From positions 1 to 59,427 of the forward strand of contig CALDFB010000276.1 of NCBI GenBank assembly GCA_937942365.1: a stretch of DNA of 59,427 nucleotides. Direction: 5' to 3'. The notes under the pieces are model-generated. The model worked only from the letters and a program-made list of their open reading frames with translations. It was not told the origin of the DNA and made no database searches. A program made the position numbers and the translations under genes. Origin of the DNA: an uncultured Marinicella sp. (lineage in GTDB: Bacteria > Pseudomonadota > Gammaproteobacteria > Xanthomonadales > Marinicellaceae). This document shows, piece after piece, positions 1-9,733 of this stretch (position 1 is the first letter of the stretch; each line of letters begins with the position of its first letter).

Positions 1-2
1 GT

Positions 3-500
3 GTGGGTATTGACTTGATTGTGAAGCAAGCTGGGGTGACCAAAAAAACCATGTATCATCACTTTCATTCAAAAGATGAATTGATATTGGCGGCGCTTCA
101 ACACCATGGTGGACTGTCTAAGAATGATTTTATGAACGGTGTTAAAAATAGTTTTTCAACACCAAAAGAAAAGCTTTTGGGCGTTTTTGACTTAGCTCAT
201 ACTTGGTTCTCTGATAACAAGTTTTTTGGTTGTATGTTTATTAATGTCATTGGTGAGTATTCACAGCCAAACACACCCATAAGAAATGTTTGTAAAGAAT
301 ACAAGAGTCAAATTCGTCAATTTATAGTGGTTTTAGCCAAAGAGGCGGGTGTCAAAGAGCCTGAATCATTAGCTACTACACTGGCTATTTTGTTAGAGGG
401 TTCAATTGTGACTGCGCAAGTTTCAGGCAACCCGGAAAGTGCTACAGAAGCAAAAAAAGCAGCAAAAATTCTGGTTAATGCTGCTTTAAACAATAACTGA
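3..500 (+). CDS. TetR/AcrR family transcriptional regulator (5' end cut by window edge)
   Basis: HTH GIDLIVKQAGVTKKTMYHHFHSKDELI; C-terminal GCMFIN motif. Confidence 0.9.
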   Translation: MGIDLIVKQAGVTKKTMYHHFHSKDELILAALQHHGGLSKNDFMNGVKNSFSTPKEKLLGVFDLAHTWFSDNKFFGCMFINVIGEYSQPNTPIRNVCKEYKSQIRQFIVVLAKEAGVKEPESLATTLAILLEGSIVTAQVSGNPESATEAKKAAKILVNAALNNN

Positions 501-539
501 GTGGTTACAGGTCATTGTTTCGAGTTGTGATGTTTATGT

Positions 540-2135
540 TCAGTCAAATTGGTTCATGGTGTTATCTGCCCCGGATGCTTTGAGTGCTGCGTCACCTGAA
601 AAATATTCTTTGTGATCATCACCTATATTTGAGCCGGCCATGTCTTGGTGTTTAACGCAGGCCAACCCTTCGCGAATTTCTTTTCTTTGTACGCCATTAA
701 CATAAGCCAACATCCCTGCTTCACCGTAATAGCCTTTGGCCAATTGATCTGTGGCCAGAGCAGCTGTGTGATAAGTCGGTAAGGTAATCAGGTGGTGAAA
801 GATTCCAGCTTGTTGAGCACCATCACGTTGGAAGGCTTGAATCATGTCGTCGGCTTTTTGTCCCAGTGGTGTGTCATCGTATTTGACATCCATCAGTTCT
901 GCACGATCGTATATGCTGACGTCAATACCCGATTCAACCATGGCGTCATAAGCTTGTTGTCTGAAATTTAAAGTCCAGTTGAATGACGGTGAATTGTTAT
1001 AGACCAATTTGGCGTCAGGAACCACTTCACGAATGCGTTTGACCATGCCGCCAATTTGACCGACATGGGGTGTTGAGGTTTCAATCCATAACAAATCAGC
1101 GCCATTTTGTAAGCTGGTGATACAATCTAAAACACAGCGGTCTTCGCCGGTGCCCTCTTTGAATTGAAACAAACCACTGGCCAAGCGTTTGGGCCGCAGT
1201 AATTGGCCATTGCGATTAATGACTACATCGCCATTGTTCATATCAGAGGGTTCAATCTCCTCACAATCTAAATAAGCATTGTACTGATCACCCAAGTCAC
1301 CTGGTTCGTTGGTTACAGCAATTTGTTTGGTTAAGCCAGCACCCAAAGAATCTGTTCTTGCCACAATCACACCATCATCAACACCCAGCTCAAGGAATGC
1401 ATAACGCACAGCTCGAATTTTTGCCAAAAAATCTGCATGCGGTACAGTGACTTTACCATCTTGATGACCACACTGTTTTTCATCCGATACTTGGTTTTCA
1501 ATTTGGATCGCACAAGCCCCTGCTTCGATCATTTTCTTGGCTAATAAATAAGTGGCTTCTTCGTTACCAAAACCTGCATCAATATCAGCAATGATTGGAA
1601 CTACATGGGTTTCAAAACTATCAATGGCATCTTGTAGGCGTTGTGAATTGACTTCATCACCGGCGGCTTTGGCTGCATCCAGATCTTTGAATAAACCACG
1701 TAATTCACGGGCATCGGCTTGCTTCAGAAAATCATAGAGCTCTTTGATGAGTGCTGGCACACTGGTTTTTTCATGCATTGATTGGTCAGGTAAGGGGCCA
1801 AACTCAGATCGTAATGCAGCGATCATCCAACCGGACAAATATAAATAGCGTTTGTCAGTTGTGCCGTGGTGTTTTTTTACGGCAATCATTTTTTGTTGAC
1901 CTATGAAACCATGCCAACAACCTAAAGATTGGGTGTAGTTAGCTGGGTCTAAATCATAATCGCGCATGTCTTTACGCATGATTTTGGCTGTGTATTTGGC
2001 AATGTCCAAGCCAGTTTTGAAGCGGTTTTGGAGTTTCATCCTGGCTACAAACTCGGGATTAATTGATGACCAAGGCGATTGATTGTCTTTGATAAGTCCA
2101 TTGGCTGATTTCACTTCTGTTTGGTAGTTTGACAT
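540..2135 (-). CDS. aceA: Isocitrate lyase (long, Pseudomonas-type)
   Basis: Catalytic KQCGH motif; PIIADIDAGFG; YNNSPSFNW. Confidence 0.97.
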   Translation of the reverse strand: MSNYQTEVKSANGLIKDNQSPWSSINPEFVARMKLQNRFKTGLDIAKYTAKIMRKDMRDYDLDPANYTQSLGCWHGFIGQQKMIAVKKHHGTTDKRYLYLSGWMIAALRSEFGPLPDQSMHEKTSVPALIKELYDFLKQADARELRGLFKDLDAAKAAGDEVNSQRLQDAIDSFETHVVPIIADIDAGFGNEEATYLLAKKMIEAGACAIQIENQVSDEKQCGHQDGKVTVPHADFLAKIRAVRYAFLELGVDDGVIVARTDSLGAGLTKQIAVTNEPGDLGDQYNAYLDCEEIEPSDMNNGDVVINRNGQLLRPKRLASGLFQFKEGTGEDRCVLDCITSLQNGADLLWIETSTPHVGQIGGMVKRIREVVPDAKLVYNNSPSFNWTLNFRQQAYDAMVESGIDVSIYDRAELMDVKYDDTPLGQKADDMIQAFQRDGAQQAGIFHHLITLPTYHTAALATDQLAKGYYGEAGMLAYVNGVQRKEIREGLACVKHQDMAGSNIGDDHKEYFSGDAALKASGADNTMNQFD

Positions 2136-2409
2136 AGGTAAAAATTCCTGATTTGTTTGTCGGTTTAGTAACCGGTTGTTAAAATATCAACGATAAAATG
2201 AGTCGCAATCAAACAAACGTTTGAATAACACGTTGTTGAATAATAAGCACATTTTCGCCACTTTTAAACAGTTTTTTGCAACATTTGTAAATAAAAAAAA
2301 TATTTTTACTTTTTTCTGTGTTTTTAATTGAATTAGAGTTTTTATTCTAAAAGGCTGTTATATGATAAAAAGGTTTCGTCATTTAATTTTCACCTAATCT
2401 GGAACGCTC

Positions 2410-4593
2410 ATGCCCCTAAACAACATTAAATACACCGATAAAAACAGCCTTAAAGTTGATGTCTTGTTGGCAGACTTCATAGATCAAGAAGTGTTACCAG
2501 ACCTCAAGATTGATGGAGCTTCATTCTGGCAATCTTTTGCCGACTTGATTCATGGTTTTGCACCAGTTAATCGCAAACTGCTCAGCAAGAGGGCAGAGCT
2601 ACAACACAACATAGACCAGTGGTTGGTTAATAACCGAGATCAATTTGATCAAACTGCTTATGTCGCTTTTTTAAAAGAGCTGGGCTATTTGGTTGAGGAA
2701 GGTGGTGCATTTAAAGTGACCACCCAGAATGTAGATGATGAAATTGCCAAACAAGCTGGGCCACAACTTGTGGTGCCGACATCTAATGCTCGTTTCGCTC
2801 TGAATGCCACCAACGCCCGCTGGGGTAGTCTGTATGACGCGCTGTATGGAACAGATGTGATACCTGAATCAGACGGCGCAGAGAAAACCAACGGTTATAA
2901 CCCCACCCGTGGACAAAAAGTAATTGAGTATGGACGTGATTTTTTAAATCATCACTTTCCTTTGGAACAAGGCAGTCATCATGATGTGGTTCAATATGCG
3001 ATTAAAAACAAACAGCTTTCAATAACCACAACCAAATGTAACACCACCTTACAAGAGCCGCAACAATGTTTGGGTTTTAATGGTGTTGCCGAAGCGCCAT
3101 CACAAATCATACTCAAACACCATGATTTACATGTGATCATTGAGATTGATAAGACATCAGCCATAGGTAAAAATGACCTTGCTGGTGTAAAAGACCTGAC
3201 GTTTGAAGCTGCTGTTACCACCATTCAAGATTTTGAAGATTCAGTGGCAGCGGTTGATGGTGAAGATAAAGTCGGCGTATACCACAATTGGCTGGGTTTG
3301 ATGCGAGGTGATTTATCAGACACTTTTACAAAAGACGGTCAACTTGTTACACGTGTAGCTGCTGCGGATAAAACTTACCAATCATTGAATGGATCAACTG
3401 TAACATTGCATGGGCGCAGCTTATTATTCTGTCGCAATGTGGGGCACTTGATGACCAACCCGGCTATCATCGACCAAACGGGAAATGAAGTACCTGAAGG
3501 TATCATGGATGCCATGATCAGTGCGTTGATTGCGAAGCATGACTTGAACCAAATAGGGCCGTTGCGTAACTCAAGAACCGGCAGTATTTATATAGTCAAA
3601 CCAAAGATGCATGGACCTGAAGAAGCGGCTTTTGCTAACACCCTATTTAATCAAGTAGAAGACGCTTTAGGCCTAGCAAGACACACCATCAAGATAGGTG
3701 TGATGGATGAAGAGCGCCGCACCACTGTAAACTTAAAAGAATGTATCAGACAAGTTAAAGATCGCATTGTATTTATTAACACAGGTTTCCTTGATCGCAC
3801 GGGTGATGAAATTCATACCAGTATGTTATTGGGCCCCATGGCTCCCAAAGCAGACATCAAAGCGATGCCTTGGATTAAGGCCTATGAAGACTGGAATGTG
3901 GATATTGGTTTAGCATGTGGTTTTCCTGGCCATGCTCAAATAGGTAAAGGTATGTGGGCGATGCCTGATGAAATGGCAAAAATGATGCAAATTAAAACAG
4001 AACATCCGAGTGCTGGGGCTAACTGTGCGTGGGTACCATCTCCTATTGGTGCCACATTGCATGCCGTGCATTATCACCAAATCAATGTGCTTGAAACGCA
4101 AAAACAATTATCAAAACGACCCAGAGCTGACATCAATGACATTTTAACCATTCCCCTGTGTGCCGACTCAAAACAATTAACAGCAGAACAAATCCAACGT
4201 GAATTGGATAACAATGCCCAGGGGATTTTAGGGTATGTGGTACGCTGGATTGATCAAGGTGTGGGTTGCTCAAAAGTCCCAGATATTAATCAAGTTGGCT
4301 TGATGGAAGATCGAGCTACATTGCGTATTTCAAGTCAACATATAGCCAACTGGCTTGAGCATGGTATTTGTACCGAACAACAAGTCATAGACACCTTTAC
4401 TCGCATGGCCAAGGTGGTTGATCTACAAAATGTCAGAGACGACTCTTATCTAAGCATGAGTGATAATTTAAATAACAACACGGCCTATCAAGCTGCTTTG
4501 GATTTGGTGTTCAAAGGTAAAGAACAACCCAGTGGTTATACTGAACCCTTGCTGCATGCCTACAGGTTAAAATTAAAAGAACATCTTGAATAA
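2410..4593 (+). CDS. glcB: Malate synthase G
   Basis: 727 aa; [54 protein letters not shown]. Confidence 0.97.
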   Translation: MPLNNIKYTDKNSLKVDVLLADFIDQEVLPDLKIDGASFWQSFADLIHGFAPVNRKLLSKRAELQHNIDQWLVNNRDQFDQTAYVAFLKELGYLVEEGGAFKVTTQNVDDEIAKQAGPQLVVPTSNARFALNATNARWGSLYDALYGTDVIPESDGAEKTNGYNPTRGQKVIEYGRDFLNHHFPLEQGSHHDVVQYAIKNKQLSITTTKCNTTLQEPQQCLGFNGVAEAPSQIILKHHDLHVIIEIDKTSAIGKNDLAGVKDLTFEAAVTTIQDFEDSVAAVDGEDKVGVYHNWLGLMRGDLSDTFTKDGQLVTRVAAADKTYQSLNGSTVTLHGRSLLFCRNVGHLMTNPAIIDQTGNEVPEGIMDAMISALIAKHDLNQIGPLRNSRTGSIYIVKPKMHGPEEAAFANTLFNQVEDALGLARHTIKIGVMDEERRTTVNLKECIRQVKDRIVFINTGFLDRTGDEIHTSMLLGPMAPKADIKAMPWIKAYEDWNVDIGLACGFPGHAQIGKGMWAMPDEMAKMMQIKTEHPSAGANCAWVPSPIGATLHAVHYHQINVLETQKQLSKRPRADINDILTIPLCADSKQLTAEQIQRELDNNAQGILGYVVRWIDQGVGCSKVPDINQVGLMEDRATLRISSQHIANWLEHGICTEQQVIDTFTRMAKVVDLQNVRDDSYLSMSDNLNNNTAYQAALDLVFKGKEQPSGYTEPLLHAYRLKLKEHLE

Positions 4594-4620
4594 AACGCTG
4601 TAATTCAGCTTGGATTGAAC

Positions 4621-5742
4621 TTATTTTTGGTGGGACTGGGCAATTTCATAGAAAACATCTATGCCTGGTTCAATCAAGGCATCAGGAAAATCATACTCAG
4701 GGTGATGAATCTGAGGATTGTCCTCTCCTGCACCTAAAATAAACATCGCGCCTTTGGCCATTGCACTGATGGCACCAAAATCTTCAGACCAACGTATGGG
4801 TTCATCGAGCCAAATGACTTCATGACCTGTTTTTACGGCTGCTTTTGCTACTGTTTCGGCACAAACTTCATCATTAACAGATGCCAAAAAAACATCATGG
4901 TCTTGGGAGTCTAATTCTAATCGGTGTTGCGCAGCAATGCTTTTGGCTATGGATAATACCCGGCTTTTAAGTTTTGACATCATTTGGTTTTTTTCTGTTC
5001 GAAGGGTGATACCGATTTCAGCCTGATGGGGCGTTGTACCAAAAGATTGCTCACCCATTTTACAGTAGATAACAGTGACCATTTGTAGTTCATCAGAGTC
5101 AAGTTCATCGCCCATATCTGTCAACTGCTGTAACAATTCAATCATTGCCATGGCGGGAGATCTGCCCTTTTCAGGATAGGCAGCATGAGCTGTTATTCCG
5201 GTTAATTGGATTGACATGCCTTGAGAAGCACAGTTAAAAGTACCCGATCGGATTTGTACTTGTCCCATTGGAAGGCCAGGCAAATTATGTAATGCATAAC
5301 AACAGTCGATCTTTAAATTCTTGAATTGTTCGTCTTTCGTCACAGCGATGGCCCCCTCACCGGTTTCTTCTGCAGGTTGAAACAACAATATCCGCTGACC
5401 ACAAAAGGATCTGTTTTGGGCAAACTTCTCTGCCAACCCACAAAGAATCGCCATATGGCCGTCGTGGCCACATTTGTGTGAGACGCCATCTGTGTTTGAA
5501 CGATGTGCGAAATTATTTTTTTCATGGATGGGTAATGCATCTAATTCACATCGAAACAACACATGGTCACCTGGTTGATCTCCATTAAAAACCACCACCA
5601 CCCCTGTGCCACCTACTCCAGTAAGCATTCGATCAGGGTTAAGTGGGGTGATGTAATCAATAATTCTTTGCGCCGTTTGCTGTTCCAAATTTGATAGTTC
5701 GGGGTTCTGATGTAAGTGTTTTCGAAAATTGTGTAGCTTCAT
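4621..5742 (-). CDS. M20D family amidohydrolase
   Basis: LHQNPELS, RCELDALP, HKCGHDGH, FQPAEETGEG, WSEDF. Confidence 0.9.
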   Translation of the reverse strand: MKLHNFRKHLHQNPELSNLEQQTAQRIIDYITPLNPDRMLTGVGGTGVVVVFNGDQPGDHVLFRCELDALPIHEKNNFAHRSNTDGVSHKCGHDGHMAILCGLAEKFAQNRSFCGQRILLFQPAEETGEGAIAVTKDEQFKNLKIDCCYALHNLPGLPMGQVQIRSGTFNCASQGMSIQLTGITAHAAYPEKGRSPAMAMIELLQQLTDMGDELDSDELQMVTVIYCKMGEQSFGTTPHQAEIGITLRTEKNQMMSKLKSRVLSIAKSIAAQHRLELDSQDHDVFLASVNDEVCAETVAKAAVKTGHEVIWLDEPIRWSEDFGAISAMAKGAMFILGAGEDNPQIHHPEYDFPDALIEPGIDVFYEIAQSHQK

Positions 5743-5754
5743 GGTAAGGGTGGG

Positions 5755-6186
5755 TTAATTGTAGTCATTAGGTAATTGACCCTTGGAAGAGCCAGCAAAC
5801 TGAGGCAAATCATCATCAAGGTGATAAAAATCAGCTTTTTCGGCCACAAAAATATGGCCCATGGTCTTTAAACCGGTTGGTAGATCTAGGGTGCCTGCGA
5901 CAATCCCAATGGTGGTTTGATCTAAATGTCTCCAAAACAAATTTGAACCACAGGTTCTGCAAAACCCCCGTTGAGCTATTTGAGAACTTTGATACCAGGT
6001 CAAACCACTTTCTTTGATTAATCTCAAGTTGTTCATTTGGGCTTGGGTGTATGGTCCAAAACCACCGTGTGAGCGCTGACACATTTGACAGTGACAATTG
6101 ACCACATCTCGGAGTTTGCCCTTAACCTCATAACGAACAGCACCACAAAGGCACCCTCCATACGAGGTTCTGTTAATTTGATTCAT
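5755..6186 (-). CDS. GFA (CENP-V) family Zn-binding protein
   Basis: GGCLCGAVRY, CHCQMCQR, RGFCRTCGS. Confidence 0.92.
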   Translation of the reverse strand: MNQINRTSYGGCLCGAVRYEVKGKLRDVVNCHCQMCQRSHGGFGPYTQAQMNNLRLIKESGLTWYQSSQIAQRGFCRTCGSNLFWRHLDQTTIGIVAGTLDLPTGLKTMGHIFVAEKADFYHLDDDLPQFAGSSKGQLPNDYN

Positions 6187-6276
6187 GAAAACTCTGTATG
6201 GTTGTAATCAAACTATTTTAGCGAGGGTCTATATTTCTTGCCACTGATATATGAAGGAGATCTAATTTAGTTTTTT

Positions 6277-6505
6277 AAACCCGTGGTGCATTAGCAGTAT
6301 TTGTTATTAACAAGATCATCAAACTACGTCGTTCCAGCCGAGCCGGTAGTCCAGTAGCTGGAATCCAGGTGCGTAAGTGATCAGTTTAACCAGGTTCCAT
6401 TCTGAAATGAGTGTTTAAAAGCTTAAGTTCATTGGTAATGATCCATAAGTGAAAAAATTTTTAATCCTATTAGGGTTTTAAAGGTCCTAAATGCACCACG
6501 GGTTT
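6277..6505. mobile_element. MITE-like element with 16-bp perfect terminal inverted repeats
   Basis: aaacccgtggtgcatt (6277-6292) and aatgcaccacgggttt (6490-6505); contains a family-B palindromic repeat at ~6327-6370. Confidence 0.5.
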
Positions 6506-6552
6506 TTTTAAATTTATGGTAAGCTTAACTCAACACTTTTAGGGTCAATATA

Positions 6553-7458
6553 ATGATAAAAATAGTTTTGCTGGGACTGTATCTGATTACTTCTACTGTG
6601 ACGCATTCACAAAGTTGTGATGAACAAAACATCAAACTGCAAGTCTTGGGTTCAGGAGGACCTGAATTAACCGACGGTCGCGTATCATCTTCACATTTGA
6701 TTTGGGTTGATGGCAAGGCCACAGTCTTGATAGATACCGGAGGAGGTAGCGCACAGCAGTTCGAACAAGCTGGGGGTAAAATCAAAGACCTACAAGCCAT
6801 TTTACTCACCCACTTGCATGTGGACCACAGTGTGGACCTTCCAACCTATGTAAAGGGTTCTTTTTTCACTGATCGCAGTCAAAACCTGTGGGTGATGGGA
6901 CCTAAAGGTAATGAATTGATGCCTGATACCAGTGCCTACTTGAATGATTTATTTGGACCAGGTAATGTCTATGGGTATTTAAGTAACTATTGGCTGTCTG
7001 AAACAACCAGTACATATAAAATCAAGGCCATAGATGCACCTCTTGGACATCATAAAATACAACAGCACCCAATCAATGAACACATCACTGCCAGCAGTAT
7101 TGGGGTACATCATGGTCCGATCAGTGCTGTGGCATGGCGTGTTGATATAGGGTCATGTGCCATTACATTTTCAGGAGACATGAGTAATCAATACACTTCT
7201 TTAGAAAAATTAGCGGCAGGCAGTGATTTATTGGTGGCCAACAATGCGATTGAAGAATCAGCGACGGGTGTGGCAAGAAAGTTACATATGCCACCTTCAG
7301 AAATCGCGGAAATAGCCAGTAAGGCCCAAGTTAAAAAACTTCTGCTTGCACATTTCATGAATCGCAGTTTACCGCATCAAAAACAAACGGTAAAAGCAAT
7401 CAAAAAGTCTTATAAAGGCCGGGTTGTTTTGGCCGAGGATTTAATGGTGGTTGATTGA
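6553..7458 (+). CDS. Secreted MBL-fold metallo-hydrolase (RNase Z/arylsulfatase-like)
   Basis: Signal peptide; LGSGGP, THLHVDH, FSGD, LLLAH. Confidence 0.88.
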   Translation: MIKIVLLGLYLITSTVTHSQSCDEQNIKLQVLGSGGPELTDGRVSSSHLIWVDGKATVLIDTGGGSAQQFEQAGGKIKDLQAILLTHLHVDHSVDLPTYVKGSFFTDRSQNLWVMGPKGNELMPDTSAYLNDLFGPGNVYGYLSNYWLSETTSTYKIKAIDAPLGHHKIQQHPINEHITASSIGVHHGPISAVAWRVDIGSCAITFSGDMSNQYTSLEKLAAGSDLLVANNAIEESATGVARKLHMPPSEIAEIASKAQVKKLLLAHFMNRSLPHQKQTVKAIKKSYKGRVVLAEDLMVVD

Positions 7459-7870
7459 AGTGAAATGTTCTTTATTAATGATATGGTTACTATTGGGATC
7501 CACAACAGATAAGCAAATGCTTAAAAACTTAAACAGTTTACAATGGAAAAATCGGGTGGTTATTCTGAATGAAGTGAAGGATCATGATCGAATTCTTCAA
7601 GTTTTAGAAAGCCAGAAGAAAGAGATATCAGAACGGGATATTTTGTGGTTTATTCTGTTAGGAAATTATAGCATCAGTAATTATTCAGGAACATTGAGTG
7701 AGTCTTTTGTACATGATTTGCGCCAACGCTTTGAGTTCAAAAATAACCAAGTTATTCTGATTGGAAAAGACGGTGGATTAAAATCTATTTATGATGGTGT
7801 TGATTTACCAAAGGTGTTTTCAGAGATAGATTCAATGCCCATGCGCCAACAGGAGATGCAACGCCAATGA
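7451..7870 (+). CDS. DUF4174-like protein
   Basis: LQWKNRVVI; ILIGKDGGLK; IDSMPMRQQEM. Confidence 0.85.
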   Translation: MIEVKCSLLMIWLLLGSTTDKQMLKNLNSLQWKNRVVILNEVKDHDRILQVLESQKKEISERDILWFILLGNYSISNYSGTLSESFVHDLRQRFEFKNNQVILIGKDGGLKSIYDGVDLPKVFSEIDSMPMRQQEMQRQ

Positions 7871-7946
7871 AAAAAAGCTGTGCTTCTGATTCATGAAGGC
7901 TTTAAATGCACACAGTGTTTTAACTTAAAACTTATAGGAGCTTAAT

Positions 7947-8153
7947 ATGCAACACCAGAGCAATCCAGTTCACCCTCAAAATATTGGAGGTATCCATAAA
8001 AAAGGCATTGGCATTGGGGAAGAGGCTATGATTCGAATTACTGCAGGCTTATGTGCCAACCCTGAAATATGGCATAAAACTTCAAAAGAAATTGTTGAAA
8101 AGGTACAAAGCATTCATGATGAACTGTTCAGATATAAGGGTCCAATAGACTGA
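7947..8153 (+). CDS. Small hypothetical protein (68 aa)
   Basis: ATG preceded by aggag RBS; fills the gap between same-strand genes. Confidence 0.6.
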   Translation: MQHQSNPVHPQNIGGIHKKGIGIGEEAMIRITAGLCANPEIWHKTSKEIVEKVQSIHDELFRYKGPID

Positions 8154-8286
8154 TTAATTTTTCATGGCTTAAACTGATTTTAATCAGTGTCATTTTAAGA
8201 TCCTGTCACATTTTTTCGAGGCTGCTGACCCAGCAGCAATGTGTGTGCTAAGGTAGTTTCTAATGAGTGACTGATCGAGATGATTT

Positions 8287-8631
8287 ATGCATGTATATTA
8301 CCTAGAAATAGTAACCGATGATTTAGACACCACATGTGCAATTTATCAAAACATTTATGGCGTGACATTCAGCGAGCCTGATCCGATGTTGGGTAATGCC
8401 CGAACAGCAGCCATGAAGCATGGTGGCTTGATTGGTATCAGGTTACCTTTGAGTGATACTGAACAACCCGTTGTTCGTCCTTATTATTTAGTGGAAGACA
8501 TTGAACAGGCCTACCAGGTGGCTTTAGACTCAGGTGCCAAGGAGGCACATCCTCCTCTAGAAATTCCCGGTATAGGCACGTTTGCAATTTATGAAGTAGG
8601 TGGAAATCAATTGAGCCTGTGGCAAAAATAA
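8287..8631 (+). CDS. VOC/glyoxalase family protein
   Basis: YLEIVT; PYYLVEDIE; EIPGIGTFAIY. Confidence 0.85.
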   Translation: MHVYYLEIVTDDLDTTCAIYQNIYGVTFSEPDPMLGNARTAAMKHGGLIGIRLPLSDTEQPVVRPYYLVEDIEQAYQVALDSGAKEAHPPLEIPGIGTFAIYEVGGNQLSLWQK

Positions 8632-8720
8632 AATCAACATGAAATAATGCTTATATATGCAGAGGTCTCATTCACTAAAAAGAATAATTTCAAACTACAC
8701 GTTCCGAAAAGGTTAAAGCA

Positions 8721-9716
8721 ATGAAAGCCGTTAAACAAAAGTTACCTTTGTTCTTCCTAATATGTATTTCATTGTTTTGGTCAGTTTACTACCAGACTAA
8801 CAACAAGTTCAATGACTTTGGTGCGGCCAATTATGAATGGTTGTTTATGCTTGATGCTTTGTTGGTTCTGCCCTTGTTATGTTTGCTGTGTATCAAAAAT
8901 AAAAAGCAGGCTGCCATAAAAGCATTGGTGATGATTTGCTTGGCGGTCATGATTGGCAGTTATATCATCCCAGAATCAAGCAAGTTTATTTGGCATTATT
9001 TAGAATCAGGTCGATACCTTATATTGGCTTTATTTTTGTTGTTTGAAATAACGGCGATAGTGACTGTCTTCTTGGCCATTAAAGTTGCTTTGAACCAAGG
9101 TGAAGATCCTGATGAGGCAGTTTCTCAACCCATTCAAAAGTGGCTGGGTGAGGGTTTGGTGGGTAAGGTATTGGAGTTCGAAGCCAGGGTTTGGGCCTAT
9201 GCTTTGTTTGCCAAAAATATTTCAGCAGCACAGTTTAAAGGAGAACAGCACTTCAGTTACCATAATAAGGACGGTGCTCAGAGTAACTCTTTAAGCTTCG
9301 TCATTCTGATCTTGATTGAGCTACCTTTGGTACATGTGCTGGTGCACTTTATTTGGTCGCCAATGGCTGCTCTGGTCTTAACACTATTGACGTTATTTAC
9401 TTTGTTGCTTTTCATTGCTGATTACAAAGCCATGTCCCGAAGGCCCATTTCTATAAATCATGAAAAGCTGATCGTTCGAAATGGGGTTTTTGCTCCTTTA
9501 GAAATAACATTGCATCAGATAGACCAAATTGAAACAAATCAGGTCTATATACCTAGAAATAAATACTGCAAAAGATACAATTATTCAGGTATCCCAAATA
9601 TTGTTATTACACTGAACCAACCCATAGGGTCGGTTAAAGATGTTTATCTTGGCGTTGATAACCCCACAGCATTCATAGAAGCAGTCAATCAAATAAAACA
9701 GGTTGACGCTGATTAA
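8721..9716 (+). CDS. Hypothetical multi-pass membrane protein
   Basis: Several hydrophobic helices followed by a soluble C-terminal domain. Confidence 0.75.
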   Translation: MKAVKQKLPLFFLICISLFWSVYYQTNNKFNDFGAANYEWLFMLDALLVLPLLCLLCIKNKKQAAIKALVMICLAVMIGSYIIPESSKFIWHYLESGRYLILALFLLFEITAIVTVFLAIKVALNQGEDPDEAVSQPIQKWLGEGLVGKVLEFEARVWAYALFAKNISAAQFKGEQHFSYHNKDGAQSNSLSFVILILIELPLVHVLVHFIWSPMAALVLTLLTLFTLLLFIADYKAMSRRPISINHEKLIVRNGVFAPLEITLHQIDQIETNQVYIPRNKYCKRYNYSGIPNIVITLNQPIGSVKDVYLGVDNPTAFIEAVNQIKQVDAD

Positions 9717-9733
9717 AAGCTATGGTTTTTCAT

